The notes beneath the pieces are model-generated. The model did no database searches. It was given only the letters and a program-made list of their open reading frames with translations, and was not told the origin of the DNA. DNA of 64,000 nucleotides from the NCBI GenBank assembly GCA_017889635.1, contig JAGGAC010000010.1, positions 18,105 through 82,104 on the forward strand, in the 5' to 3' direction. Both the position numbers and the translations under genes were made by a program. How positions within the stretch are numbered: the stretch's first letter is position 1; the number at the start of each line of letters is the position of its first letter. Source of the stretch: Bacillota bacterium (GTDB lineage: Bacteria > Bacillota > Negativicutes > Sporomusales > CTSoil-080). Below, piece by piece: positions 40,607 to 49,998 of this stretch.

Positions 40607-41068
40607 TTAATTCAAGACGAAACGAAAGCTTAATGTATAAGTGCGATCATTTCCATCAAAAGCGCAATTAAGATTATATTTCCCTTTGGAAAAGTTTATT
40701 GACTTTTTGGTTTTAGTTTCTTCTAGTTTAGTAATTTGCCATCCGTTTTTTGAAGTTTCGTTCAAATAGAAATCGCGAATATCTTCCCATGGTTTGTCAG
40801 TTAAATAATTGAAATCAATATGACCTTTTAAAGATTTGTCTATGTCGTAAGTTTTTGAATTAACCAGAGTTGCATCTGGCAAAGGAGAAAGATTATTATA
40901 TTCTTTTTGTATGGTTTCTTGAGCAATTATTTTTTCTTCAGCTAATTTTTCATGGCGAGATTGTAATTTGGAAGAAATTATAATCTGCGCTACAGTTATA
41001 ATAACTAAGATTACTAGTAATGGGAGTATGAACTTTTTTGACATCAATAAAACTTGTTTTAGCTTCAT
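40607..41068 (-). CDS. membrane-anchored/secreted protein
   Basis: The 153-aa ORF has an N-terminal signal/anchor helix. It lies 2 nt downstream of the 41070 gene. Confidence 0.45.
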   Translation of the reverse strand: MKLKQVLLMSKKFILPLLVILVIITVAQIIISSKLQSRHEKLAEEKIIAQETIQKEYNNLSPLPDATLVNSKTYDIDKSLKGHIDFNYLTDKPWEDIRDFYLNETSKNGWQITKLEETKTKKSINFSKGKYNLNCAFDGNDRTYTLSFRFVLN

Positions 41069-41069
41069 A

Positions 41070-41777
41070 TTACTCTTCTTTCAATTTACGAAGAAAATCT
41101 AGAATCTCAAGGTATAACCAACCGAGCGTAACAAGAAGACCAAAAGCGCAATACCACTCATATTCTGCGGGTAGTCCTTGTTGTACACTTTTATTGATCT
41201 TCTCGTAATCGATAAACAAATATAAAGTTATTATACATATAACTACCAAACTAAATATTATACCAACGACTCCACCTTGATGTATCATGGAAATGTTTAC
41301 ACCAAAAAACCTTAAAACGAATTCAAGCAAATACGTTAAAAATATACCAAGTGTGGCCATAGAGACTGCCCGCATATAACCATCGTTAACTTTCACATAT
41401 CCTTTTGCGTAAATGAGCGCTGAACTAATTGCAATGCCACAGGTTATCATTACAGCGTTAATTACAATACCAGGATAGATTTTTTCAGATATTACTGCTA
41501 TTGATGCAAAAACTATACCGTCTAACATAGCGAATAGCGGCGATAAAAAACCAGCCCACTCCGGGGCAGAGATTATGGCAAGAGCTACAAAGAATCCCAT
41601 TATTACGGCAACACTTCCCGTTTCTTCGGTTGCATAACCCATTACCCAAGTTATTAGTGCCGATACTGTTACAATCCCTACTAACACCAGACTCTTTATC
41701 GCTACGCCCTCATAAGTTGCAGCATCGCTGCCATAGGTATGAAATTCTCCAACTTTTGAAATCACAGGATTTGCCAC
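41070..41777 (-). CDS. multi-pass membrane protein
   Basis: The 235-aa ORF has about 6-7 TM helices. Confidence 0.45.
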   Translation of the reverse strand: MANPVISKVGEFHTYGSDAATYEGVAIKSLVLVGIVTVSALITWVMGYATEETGSVAVIMGFFVALAIISAPEWAGFLSPLFAMLDGIVFASIAVISEKIYPGIVINAVMITCGIAISSALIYAKGYVKVNDGYMRAVSMATLGIFLTYLLEFVLRFFGVNISMIHQGGVVGIIFSLVVICIITLYLFIDYEKINKSVQQGLPAEYEWYCAFGLLVTLGWLYLEILDFLRKLKEE

Positions 41778-42043
41778 AACAAATCAGCTCCTTTTAAAAC
41801 TTACACGCACTTCCCATAACTTTTAAAAAAATTTGCAAACTTACGTGCTTACTATTATAATTTATTTGTATTTCATACTTTTCTACAATATATATAAATA
41901 TCCTTTTTACATATTGTTTTTTGTATTTCAGTATATAAATAATTCCAATTGAAGATTACACCAAGGCTTTATAGACAATAAAAGAGGCACCATAAGATGC
42001 CTCATACTTTTTCAGCCAATATAAATATTAAAACATCCATCTT

Positions 42044-42235
42044 TCATTTTTTACGCACAAATGCCGCCTTGCAGTTAGGGCATTGTACTTCGTATTCTTT
42101 ACCAAAAGGAATATCTGCGTCATTGAAATAAAATTCAACTTCACATACACTACATTTGATTATTTCGCAATATGTTCCTTTTAGATGCATATTACACATA
42201 ATCTCTTCGTAAGCTAATCTCCATAAATAGCCCAT
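42044..42235 (-). CDS. small zinc-ribbon protein
   Basis: The 63-aa ORF has CSVC…CPNC. Confidence 0.35.
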   Translation of the reverse strand: MGYLWRLAYEEIMCNMHLKGTYCEIIKCSVCEVEFYFNDADIPFGKEYEVQCPNCKAAFVRKK

Positions 42236-42300
42236 TTTTACATTTGAGAAACCATTAAGTAAACTGGTATCGCGCGGAACATCTTCATAAGCACGTTTTG

Positions 42301-42654
42301 TTAATTTATATGGAGTATAGTTAAAAACACCACTCCTTGACCATCATAATATTCTTTTGCGTAAACGCCAGATCTCCACAAGGATTTATCTTTCTTTTTC
42401 TGTTCTATTTCTGCATCAGTAAGAATCATAGAAACATCAATCTCTGCATTTCCCTTATATCCAGAACACAATGTCTTACGTTCACCAAAATCACAGTTGC
42501 CAGTAAAATCATCAAATTCTTTTTTGGTTATTTGAATGTAAGCGGGTATATCTGCAAAGCCTGTCAAAACTTCAAACGCATAAATATTATCTCCGAACAT
42601 CCCCACTGAGCAATAATTGCCTACTTTAAGCATTTTATAGTCTTTATAATTCAT
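42301..42654 (-). CDS. hypothetical protein
   Basis: The 117-aa ORF has no recognisable motif. Confidence 0.4.
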   Translation of the reverse strand: MNYKDYKMLKVGNYCSVGMFGDNIYAFEVLTGFADIPAYIQITKKEFDDFTGNCDFGERKTLCSGYKGNAEIDVSMILTDAEIEQKKKDKSLWRSGVYAKEYYDGQGVVFLTILHIN

Positions 42655-42867
42655 CCATATCCTCCTTTTCGACTTTCGAAATCATTAGAATCAATATCAC
42701 CTAACAACCTCCTCAATGATTTTGCCTTCTTTTTACATTTCTCAACCTGTGTATAAGAGTTACCGTTTTGCAAGAGATGTAAAACGTTCTTTAGCTGATA
42801 CTCAGTATATTTCTTAGGTCTGCCATCCTTAAATCCTGCCTTCGTTCTGACAATTTCCTTTAATGAT
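42654..42867 (-). pseudogene. frameshifted 3' remnant of a serine recombinase (resolvase/invertase C-terminal HTH domain)
   Basis: The minus strand encodes …AGFKDGRPKKYTEYQLKNVL, then a 1-nt frameshift, then HLLQNGNSYTQVEKC…. This resembles the Gin/Hin/resolvase C-terminus (GGRPpKlt…LL..G.s..QVA). There is no start codon and no catalytic domain. The stop overlaps the ATG of the 42301 gene. Confidence 0.45.
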
Positions 42868-42952
42868 TATAAAATGAAAAGCAAGGAAATAACCACTGTT
42901 CAATTTCGTCGGAATTACCCTTAGTAATGAGATGTTTTGAAAATAATAAAGG

Positions 42953-43345
42953 ATGGGGATTTATATGAAAATTGACCATATCGCTTTATACACCAACAGT
43001 TTAGAGAAATTGAAGGAATTTTATACCCACTATTTTAACGGTAAACCAAATGATAAATACGTAAATCCCCTTAAAGGATTCGAGTCTTATTTCATTACAT
43101 TTGAGTCAGGTGCTAGGTTGGAACTCATGCAGCAAAATGGAATTATAGAACATAACTCAAATTCTTTCACAGGTTTGATTCACTTAGCATTTTCGGTAGG
43201 CAGTAAAGAAAAAGTCGATGAACTAAGCCAAAGGCTTGAAAAGGAAGGGTTTAAAAAAATTAGCGGCCCACGCCTAACAGGAGATGGTTATTACGAGAGC
43301 TGTATTATGGACCCCGATGGCAATATAGTGGAAATAACAATATGA
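42953..43345 (+). CDS. glyoxalase/bleomycin-resistance (VOC) family protein
   Basis: The 130-aa ORF shows a VOC fold pattern (KIDHIALYT…HLAF…MDPDGNIVEI). Confidence 0.6.
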   Translation: MGIYMKIDHIALYTNSLEKLKEFYTHYFNGKPNDKYVNPLKGFESYFITFESGARLELMQQNGIIEHNSNSFTGLIHLAFSVGSKEKVDELSQRLEKEGFKKISGPRLTGDGYYESCIMDPDGNIVEITI

Positions 43346-43786
43346 GTTTATAGCAACTAAAAGTTACAATTTACCGGTGTTATAAGTAGCTTTTCAACAC
43401 CGATAATATTCAGCTCTTATACATCCTATTTAACACCATCAATAATGCCCTTGAAGTCTTACAATTGCCTATACTATCGGCCTTTTTCGAGCCATCCATT
43501 GTTTAACATTTAATTCGTACTATTTCAGTGTAGTTTTTGGTGATTTAAGTTACGACTAATTGTGGACACTTCGTTGCTTAGATATTTCCTTTAGTCTGCT
43601 AAAGTGGCACCTTGGTAGTATTTTAACGTTTAAAAGTGTAATGGTATATGTATATAAAAGCAGCATTACATTCAAGATATAGGTTAATGTTTGCCGCAAT
43701 GGGTTTTTAGGTAAAAATTATTATCGCAGGAAATAAGTATAAAACCTAGAAATAAAACATCAGTTTGATATTGGAGGAAATAATTA

Positions 43787-43972
43787 ATGACACGTAACCC
43801 ATTAGAAATTCTCATTATATTTTTTATCATTCTTACAATAATTTCTGTGATTCTTGATAGTTTCGTTTCTTCCGGTAGTCACATATTTGCACTACTAGCC
43901 GGATTATCAGTTTTAGTGCTTATTATCTTAGGATTTATCCATAAACTAAGTCATGGACATTGGGATTGGTAA
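43787..43972 (+). CDS. small two-helix membrane protein
   Basis: The 61-aa ORF has an RBS TTGGAGGAAAT. Confidence 0.4.
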   Translation: MTRNPLEILIIFFIILTIISVILDSFVSSGSHIFALLAGLSVLVLIILGFIHKLSHGHWDW

Positions 43973-44080
43973 GCTTATCAACAGTCTACCCTTACCTAAC
44001 GATATACTTAAAAAAGGTCGCCTAAAAAGCCTAAACGCTTTTTGAGGCGACCTTTTCTTTAACAATATAAAACTCTTAGC

Positions 44081-44392
44081 TCAAGCCTTGGCTATCATTG
44101 TTTCTAAAAGTTTTTGGAGTTGGTTTCTTTGCTCCGCGGTTAGCTTCATTACAGTTTCTAACAATCGACGAAGTTCCGGTGTAAACTCCGGTTCCGCTTC
44201 AGCAAAAAAATCGGCAAGAGTAATACCCAAACCATGGCATATCTTTTCAATTGTTTTATATTGCGGATTCGGATCACTATTATTCATAATGCTATTCAGT
44301 GTTGACTGCGTAATATCCGATAACTCAGCTAATCTATTAATACTGATATCTCGCTGATTGCTTAACTCTAAAATACGGTTTGCTATGTTCAT
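44081..44392 (-). CDS. XRE-family HTH transcriptional regulator
   Basis: The 103-aa ORF has an N-terminal HTH_3-like segment (…RLAELSDITQSTLNSIMN…). Confidence 0.6.
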   Translation of the reverse strand: MNIANRILELSNQRDISINRLAELSDITQSTLNSIMNNSDPNPQYKTIEKICHGLGITLADFFAEAEPEFTPELRRLLETVMKLTAEQRNQLQKLLETMIAKA

Positions 44393-44613
44393 ATTTCATC
44401 CTCTTATTAACGGCGATTCATTATTCTGAGTATAGCAAGAATAGTAAAGAATAATTAACGATGAAGCGTTGACTTTTTAACCATGTATCGTTATAATATC
44501 TTTGAGATGGTACTCATTTAGTAGTTTGAGCAAAAACTACGCTATATTTGCTTTAGTATGACTAAAATCAGTTATTAATTAAATCCAGTTATTGCTCGAC
44601 AAAAGAAAGAGGA

Positions 44614-44811
44614 ATGATAACATTGTTATGGTACATCCGAGATGGGCACGTCGAGGAATATTGCGGCCAAGAAGCCAACTGGAATAACGAGACAATAGTA
44701 ATTGCCGACTTACCGGAAGATGCGCTAATCAAGGTTCTACTGTATTATCGTAAAGAATTGAAACGCCAGAATATATTCTACAATGGCACTATAGTTTCTG
44801 TAATCCCTTAA
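44614..44811 (+). CDS. hypothetical small protein
   Basis: The 65-aa ORF is followed directly by the terminator CCGCCTCCGGGCGGTTTTCGC. The start may be the TTG at 44623. Confidence 0.35.
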   Translation: MITLLWYIRDGHVEEYCGQEANWNNETIVIADLPEDALIKVLLYYRKELKRQNIFYNGTIVSVIP

Positions 44812-44931
44812 CCGCCTCCGGGCGGTTTTCGCATTACCCAGGGTAATTGTTTGATTCAGCAAAGGTCATCAGCACGCATTAGCATAGATCTACATCCAAT
44901 CGTTCAACTCTCATGTAGACAAAAGAAAAAT

Positions 44932-45043
44932 AACACGGCATAAATCCGTGTCATTCCTTGTTTTTTCTGGCAGGGGCAGAAGGACTTGAACCCTCAACCA
45001 ACGGTTTTGGAGACCGCTACTCTACCAATTGAGCTATACCCCT
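44932..45043. repeat. right copy of ~110-bp direct repeat (tRNA-Trp + terminator)
   Basis: It matches 37102-37213. Confidence 0.7.
44968..45043 (-). tRNA. trnW: tRNA-Trp (CCA), copy 2
   Basis: It is the same as copy 1 except for a few T-arm substitutions. Confidence 0.9.
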
Positions 45044-45048
45044 ATAAA

Positions 45049-45106
45049 TGGAGCGGAAAAACCCTCGCCTTGGCAAGGCGATGCTCTACCACTGAGCTAT
45101 TTCCGC
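45049..45106 (-). pseudogene. truncated tRNA-Gly(GCC) lacking the T-arm
   Basis: The minus strand reads GCGGAAATAGCTCAGTGGTAGAGCATCGCCTTGCCAAGGCGAGGG-TT-TTTCCGCTCCA. The ~18-nt T stem-loop present in the intact copy at 53930-54004 is replaced by 2 nt. Confidence 0.6.
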
Positions 45107-45112
45107 ATACGC

Positions 45113-45189
45113 TGGCGACCCCGAAGGGATTTGAACCCTCGATCTCCGCCGTGACAGGGCGGCATGTTAGACCACTACACCATGGGGCC
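45113..45189 (-). tRNA. trnD: tRNA-Asp (GTC), copy 1
   Basis: The minus strand reads GGCCCCATGGTGTAGTGGTCTAACATGCCGCCCTGTCACGGCGGAGATCGAGGGTTCAAATCCCTTCGGGGTCGCCA. Confidence 0.9.
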
Positions 45190-45396
45190 TTGCAAGATAT
45201 TATATTACCACGCTTTTAAATACTAAGCAAGACTAACAAACAGCGTTTTATGTAGATTATCACCGATAAGCTCGCAAACCATCTTGTTTACAATAATTTA
45301 CGCCATCTTTTAACCAAAACACACTCCGCATATCTCCCGTTCAACCACAATACATATTTAATGACGTTACAGGCGAAATAAGCGGAGGAGAAAAAA

Positions 45397-46452
45397 ATGA
45401 TACTGAACTGCAACGCTGTATTCGAAGGTGGCGGAGTCAAAGGGATTGCAATAGCAGGAGCAGTTTTAGCCATGCAAAAAGCCGGGTACACATTTGAGAA
45501 TATGGCCGGCACTTCGGCAGGAGCAATTGTAGCCGCACTGCTTGCCGTCGGATATTCAGGCGCCGAAATCTACGAAATATTGCGTACTATAAATTATAAA
45601 GATTTTAGAGATAGTACCTACCTCTTCGGCCTGCCCGGAAAAATCTTCAGCCTTTCCTTACACTACGGACTATACCAAGGCGACTACTTTACTCACTGGC
45701 TTGATACACTGCTTAAAGCCAAAAGCAAAACTACCTTTGGCGATATTAAACAGGAAAATCCCGCTATTGATAAATACACCTATAAGTTTCAGGCCATCGC
45801 CTCAGATATCAGCGCCAAGAAGCTGTTAGTACTGCCCGGCGACTTAAAAAACTTCGGTCTCGACCCCGATACCTTCAGCATTTCGCATGCCGTAAGAATG
45901 AGCATGAGTATACCACTAATTTTCGTTCCCTTTAGATTAACAGACACAAGTGGTGAAGAACATCTAATCGTTGACGGCGGAGTACTCAGCAACTACCCCA
46001 TCTGGCTGTTAGATGACGGCACCATCGATCCCCTGCAGCCCACTTTCGGATTTAAACTGCTGGAATGCAACGATCCCCTTGCCGCCCAGTGCCGTCAACA
46101 CCAAATTCAAAGTCTCCTAGATTATCTCAAAAACCTGCTAACCACCATGCTTGACGCCCATGATAACTATCATATTGCCCACACCAAGGGCGACTTTGAG
46201 CGGACAATCGCAATTCCAACCACAATCAATCTCCATGGCGAACTCAAAAACATCAGCGCCATCGATTTTGACATTAGCCCAGAAGAAAGCACCGCCTTAT
46301 TTAACAACGGACTTTCTGCCGCTAACGCCTTTTTAGAGCACTGGGACTTTTCAGTATGGAAAAATAACCACCGAGAACTTCTCCGAAACCGCTTCACCAT
46401 AAGCCCTCCAGCTACCTTACATCCAAGGCCTGGCAGCCATTACATTCGATAG
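45397..46452 (+). CDS. patatin-like phospholipase
   Basis: The 351-aa ORF has GGGVKG (oxyanion) and GTSAG (nucleophile elbow). The RBS is GGAGGAG. Confidence 0.8.
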   Translation: MILNCNAVFEGGGVKGIAIAGAVLAMQKAGYTFENMAGTSAGAIVAALLAVGYSGAEIYEILRTINYKDFRDSTYLFGLPGKIFSLSLHYGLYQGDYFTHWLDTLLKAKSKTTFGDIKQENPAIDKYTYKFQAIASDISAKKLLVLPGDLKNFGLDPDTFSISHAVRMSMSIPLIFVPFRLTDTSGEEHLIVDGGVLSNYPIWLLDDGTIDPLQPTFGFKLLECNDPLAAQCRQHQIQSLLDYLKNLLTTMLDAHDNYHIAHTKGDFERTIAIPTTINLHGELKNISAIDFDISPEESTALFNNGLSAANAFLEHWDFSVWKNNHRELLRNRFTISPPATLHPRPGSHYIR

Positions 46453-46499
46453 CACACTGCACTCGTGGCACAGCTTCGAAAACAACTAAATCGAACATC

Positions 46500-47423
46500 T
46501 CACTTTAGTTTCGCCGCCTGTTCCCGTGTTTTTAGAGCCAACAACAACGTTTCATTCACCGGGGTAGGAACACCAAACATCTTTCCCAGGTTTACCACCG
46601 AACCATTAATAGCCTCGACCTCCATCTTCCTTCCATGCAAAAAGTCATCAAGCATCGGCGAAGACTGCTCCCGCATCGCTTCAGCATATGCCATCATTTC
46701 TTCGGCGCAATTAGGATAAAGCAACGGAATTCCGGCCACAGTTGCCACTGCTACCACTTCCCCCACCGCCATTCGCGCCAACCGGACAGCATCAGAACTA
46801 TTAATAAACGCCTCATTATTCAGACCCGTCAAAGCCGTTACTGCATTTATTCCTGCGTGGATAGACAACTTACTCCACAATAACGAATGGACATTACTTT
46901 CTACAACAGTCGGAAGTCCTGCCTTATTAAACATTTTTACAATTTTGTCGACTCGGCAATCGTCATTCTTCGTCCATGATGCAATACGGGTTTCCCTCAG
47001 ACCACCGTGAACCACAAGCCCCGGCTCTAAGATTTTCGCCCCCATCAGCGTCATACCAACCAATAAACGTTCATCCCCTACCACTTCGGCCAATTGCTCA
47101 ATATTTCCCAAACCATTCTGCAACGTCAGCACTACCGAATCTGGCTTTAAGAAATACTCCGCCACTAAAGCAGCTTCCGCTGTATCATTGGACTTTACAG
47201 CAACAATAATTAAATCTGCCGGACCAATATTGCTGGCCAACATCGTAGCACGAGGACGCGCCAGAAATTCACCAGTCGGCGAAAGCAAAGTAACGCCATC
47301 CGCTTCAATTTTCACCACATGTTCTTGCCACATATCCAGCAGCCATAAATCCTCATAGCCATTAGCTAGATAACTTCCATACAAGCAACCCATTGCCCCT
47401 GCTCCAATTATGGCAATCTTCAT
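46500..47423 (-). CDS. panE: 2-dehydropantoate 2-reductase
   Basis: The 307-aa ORF has an N-terminal MKIAIIGAGAMG Rossmann motif and belongs to the ApbA/PanE family. Confidence 0.75.
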   Translation of the reverse strand: MKIAIIGAGAMGCLYGSYLANGYEDLWLLDMWQEHVVKIEADGVTLLSPTGEFLARPRATMLASNIGPADLIIVAVKSNDTAEAALVAEYFLKPDSVVLTLQNGLGNIEQLAEVVGDERLLVGMTLMGAKILEPGLVVHGGLRETRIASWTKNDDCRVDKIVKMFNKAGLPTVVESNVHSLLWSKLSIHAGINAVTALTGLNNEAFINSSDAVRLARMAVGEVVAVATVAGIPLLYPNCAEEMMAYAEAMREQSSPMLDDFLHGRKMEVEAINGSVVNLGKMFGVPTPVNETLLLALKTREQAAKLK

Positions 47424-47901
47424 GTTTACACCCCAATTTCTTGTTTTTGCAATATTTCGCCAACAAGAAATTAGCTTCCTCTTTGTGCAAAAAATAACTT
47501 ACGCAGACCTATAAAAACAACAAAACAGCCGAAAACTAAAGTTCGACTGCTTCTCGCAAATAATAAACAAAATACTTGGCCATACTACCATTTAGCCGCA
47601 ACCCACATCTTGGTATTAATTAAACACCATAGAATACATACGCAGAAATAGTCCTATTGATACAACGGCCATAAATCCTAAGCCACCAATTATGTATTGC
47701 ATAAATTCACCTCAGCTTTAAACCACGCAGCATCGCTCCAGAGATTAGGCAACCTCGCGCTTTCAGTAGTTACTTTATATAATTGTATACCACAATTATG
47801 GCAACCCTATGACATAATTGTGAAAAATTCGTGAACTTAAATATACTCCCCATGTAATGCTAATAAAAAGAAGGCGCTACGAAGGCACCTTCTTTAACTT
47901 A

Positions 47902-48246
47902 TTATATATACACATGTATTGTACTAGGTGCTTTTGTTGCAATAACTTTAAACCATAACCTATTTTGGGATTTAATAAATGTATCATCGACCCATGAAAC
48001 AGGCATTTTTTTCGAAGAAGGCACGTATACATCGAACGCCAACGAATTGCTATTAATTAATTTACTAGGAAACCCGTCTTTACTCGCTAACTTAACCTCG
48101 ACATTAGAATTATTTCCTTTTTCCGCCAATCGCTCTAAAGTTGCCTTAACGCTCAAATTGGCATCTTTTTCAATCATCATTTGTATTTGCTCGTCAGGAA
48201 CATCGCCATCTTTTTCAACCAAAATACTATACACATGTAAAAGCAC
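47902..48246 (-). CDS. hypothetical protein
   Basis: The 114-aa ORF has no recognisable motif. Confidence 0.4.
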   Translation of the reverse strand: MLLHVYSILVEKDGDVPDEQIQMMIEKDANLSVKATLERLAEKGNNSNVEVKLASKDGFPSKLINSNSLAFDVYVPSSKKMPVSWVDDTFIKSQNRLWFKVIATKAPSTIHVYI

Positions 48247-48623
48247 TAAATCACCCCTTTTATTATTTTATACATACTTCGTCAAAACAGAATATCTTCC
48301 TGCAATAATTCCTAACCATCATATTAGATAAAGAAATATAAAATATAATTCCAGATGGAAGCAACTAATTATCCTTTTTACTATATCTTTTGAAATTAGC
48401 AGCAATCTCCAAACAATATTCTGCCAATTTATAAAATTGTCTGGAAACAAGGTGAATATGGTGGTAAAATGTTACTGTAAGGTAACCAAGCACTTTTCAG
48501 CAGAACTTAAGCCAAACCGCCCTCCGAGCGGAAATAAGCGGTGCCGGAAGTAATATTCCAGCATTTAAATAATCTATTGTTGAAGGGTGTTAGTTTAAAT
48601 TAAAATTTTAAAGGAGAATTAAA

Positions 48624-48971
48624 ATGAGCTACAAAATTACAAAAGCAAGTGAAGCTACCCCGTATGAAGCTCCAGGACATTACGACATGCGTGCTACAAG
48701 ACTCCACAATCCAGCAGATGTCAACGATGGTAAGGTTATTATGGGTCTATCGCACTTCCTCCCAGGCGGCGGTGCAAAATACAATGCAATTCCTGTTGAA
48801 TTCATTTATTATATTGTAAGCGGCGAAATGACAGTCACTATCGATGGCAATACTTTTGTCCTCGGCGCTGGCGATTCTGTTCATGCCGGACCGAACACAG
48901 GCAAAGAGATCATCAACAACGGCAAAGTTACTGCTACCATGCTGGTAACAATCGTTCCAGCAGCTCAATAA
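48624..48971 (+). CDS. cupin-domain protein
   Basis: The 115-aa ORF has two beta-barrel cupin motifs (…GLSHFLPGGGA…GDSVHAGPNTGKE…). Confidence 0.6.
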   Translation: MSYKITKASEATPYEAPGHYDMRATRLHNPADVNDGKVIMGLSHFLPGGGAKYNAIPVEFIYYIVSGEMTVTIDGNTFVLGAGDSVHAGPNTGKEIINNGKVTATMLVTIVPAAQ

Positions 48972-49164
48972 TAAAGTTTTATTATTTACACAAGGCCGTT
49001 TAAGAATACGGCCTTAATAAGCCACTTAAAACAATAAGTTTTAAGTGGCTTATTAATTTATCCAAAAGCAGTATAATATATCGATAAGCGAAAGATCAAA
49101 TCAATGCAATTGTGTTTATCGATCACGACATCAAATCCTGCCAATAGTAAAACCAAGCTCTATT

Positions 49165-49458
49165 TTACATCAAAAACACTTCTTTGATGAATTGGTTAAT
49201 TGCCATCGGTGAATCTACAACATATACTTTAAAACCCAATGCCTCAAACTCAGCTTTTCGTTTTTCTTGTATCGGCCCTAGATCCCCCCCCGGCTGTTTC
49301 ATCTCTACAAATAAAGCTTGACCTCCCTGCATAAGAACCATTCGGTCTGGTACTCCCCGCAAGCCGCGAGAGAAAAATTTACAAAACATCGCGCCTTTGG
49401 CTTCTACCCGTCTTTTTAACTCCCGTTCTAAAAAACTTTCAGGCATATCTAACGCCAT
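49165..49458 (-). CDS. VRR-NUC domain nuclease
   Basis: The start is taken at Met32 (RBS GGAAGGAG, 7-nt spacer). The motif …GVPDRMVLMQGGQALFVEMKQPGGDLGPIQEKRKAEFEALGFKVYVVDS… matches VRR-NUC. Confidence 0.6.
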   Translation of the reverse strand: MALDMPESFLERELKRRVEAKGAMFCKFFSRGLRGVPDRMVLMQGGQALFVEMKQPGGDLGPIQEKRKAEFEALGFKVYVVDSPMAINQFIKEVFLM

Positions 49459-49998
49459 CCCAAAAACTCCTTCCAAACTTTTAGGTGTACCATCATTCCA
49501 ATATATAAGAGCATATATGTTTTTACATGTTGAAAAACTCAGGGACCTCATCTCCAGAACCTTACCTAAGCAATCACTGCAATAAACATTTTACGCATGA
49601 CAACTCGTACATATTCGATTGATCCCCATATATTCTACGAGCGACCAAGCTAATTCGTTCTACGGCATCCAGCCATAGAAAATCCCCTAAAACAACTCCC
49701 GGCAACAGCTAATGGCCTCCTACTATACACCCGCACACCATAACTACCCAAAAAAAAAGCTTGAGCTTGTTAATTACGCATTCAACAAGCTCAAGCTTTT
49801 TTACATAAGTGTCAATCCCGTTTACGATTAGCAGACGCTCCCTCACAGCTGCTGCACCAGGTGTTTTCCTACAATTGCCCCTTAGACACCTCTTTAACTT
49901 TCCCATTAGTAGTCACAAACTTATACACCTGGTTTCACTCCCAAACATACACTGTTAACATAGAAGTACTCCATAATCTTAATAAAGGAGCAATATTA

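Larger units (their letters stand above)
37214..44967. mobile_element. putative degraded genomic island between duplicated tRNA-Trp genes
   Basis: The region is AT-rich and flanked by direct repeats. It holds small membrane/zinc-ribbon genes, a recombinase remnant and an XRE regulator. No intact integrase is present. Confidence 0.4.

Noticed and set aside
37138-45189. Intact prophage or ICE
   Set aside because: There is no integrase, no structural genes and no relaxase. Only a 57-codon recombinase fossil remains, so it is called a degraded island rather than a functional element.
45288-45512. 74-aa minus ORF overlapping the patatin start
   Set aside because: It overlaps a well-supported gene and has no RBS.
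49709-49906. 65-aa minus ORF between VRR-NUC and the C39-like gene
   Set aside because: There are no RBS and no motifs. The region is more likely a promoter or terminator containing the hairpin AAGCTTGAGCTTG…CAAGCTCAAGCTT.
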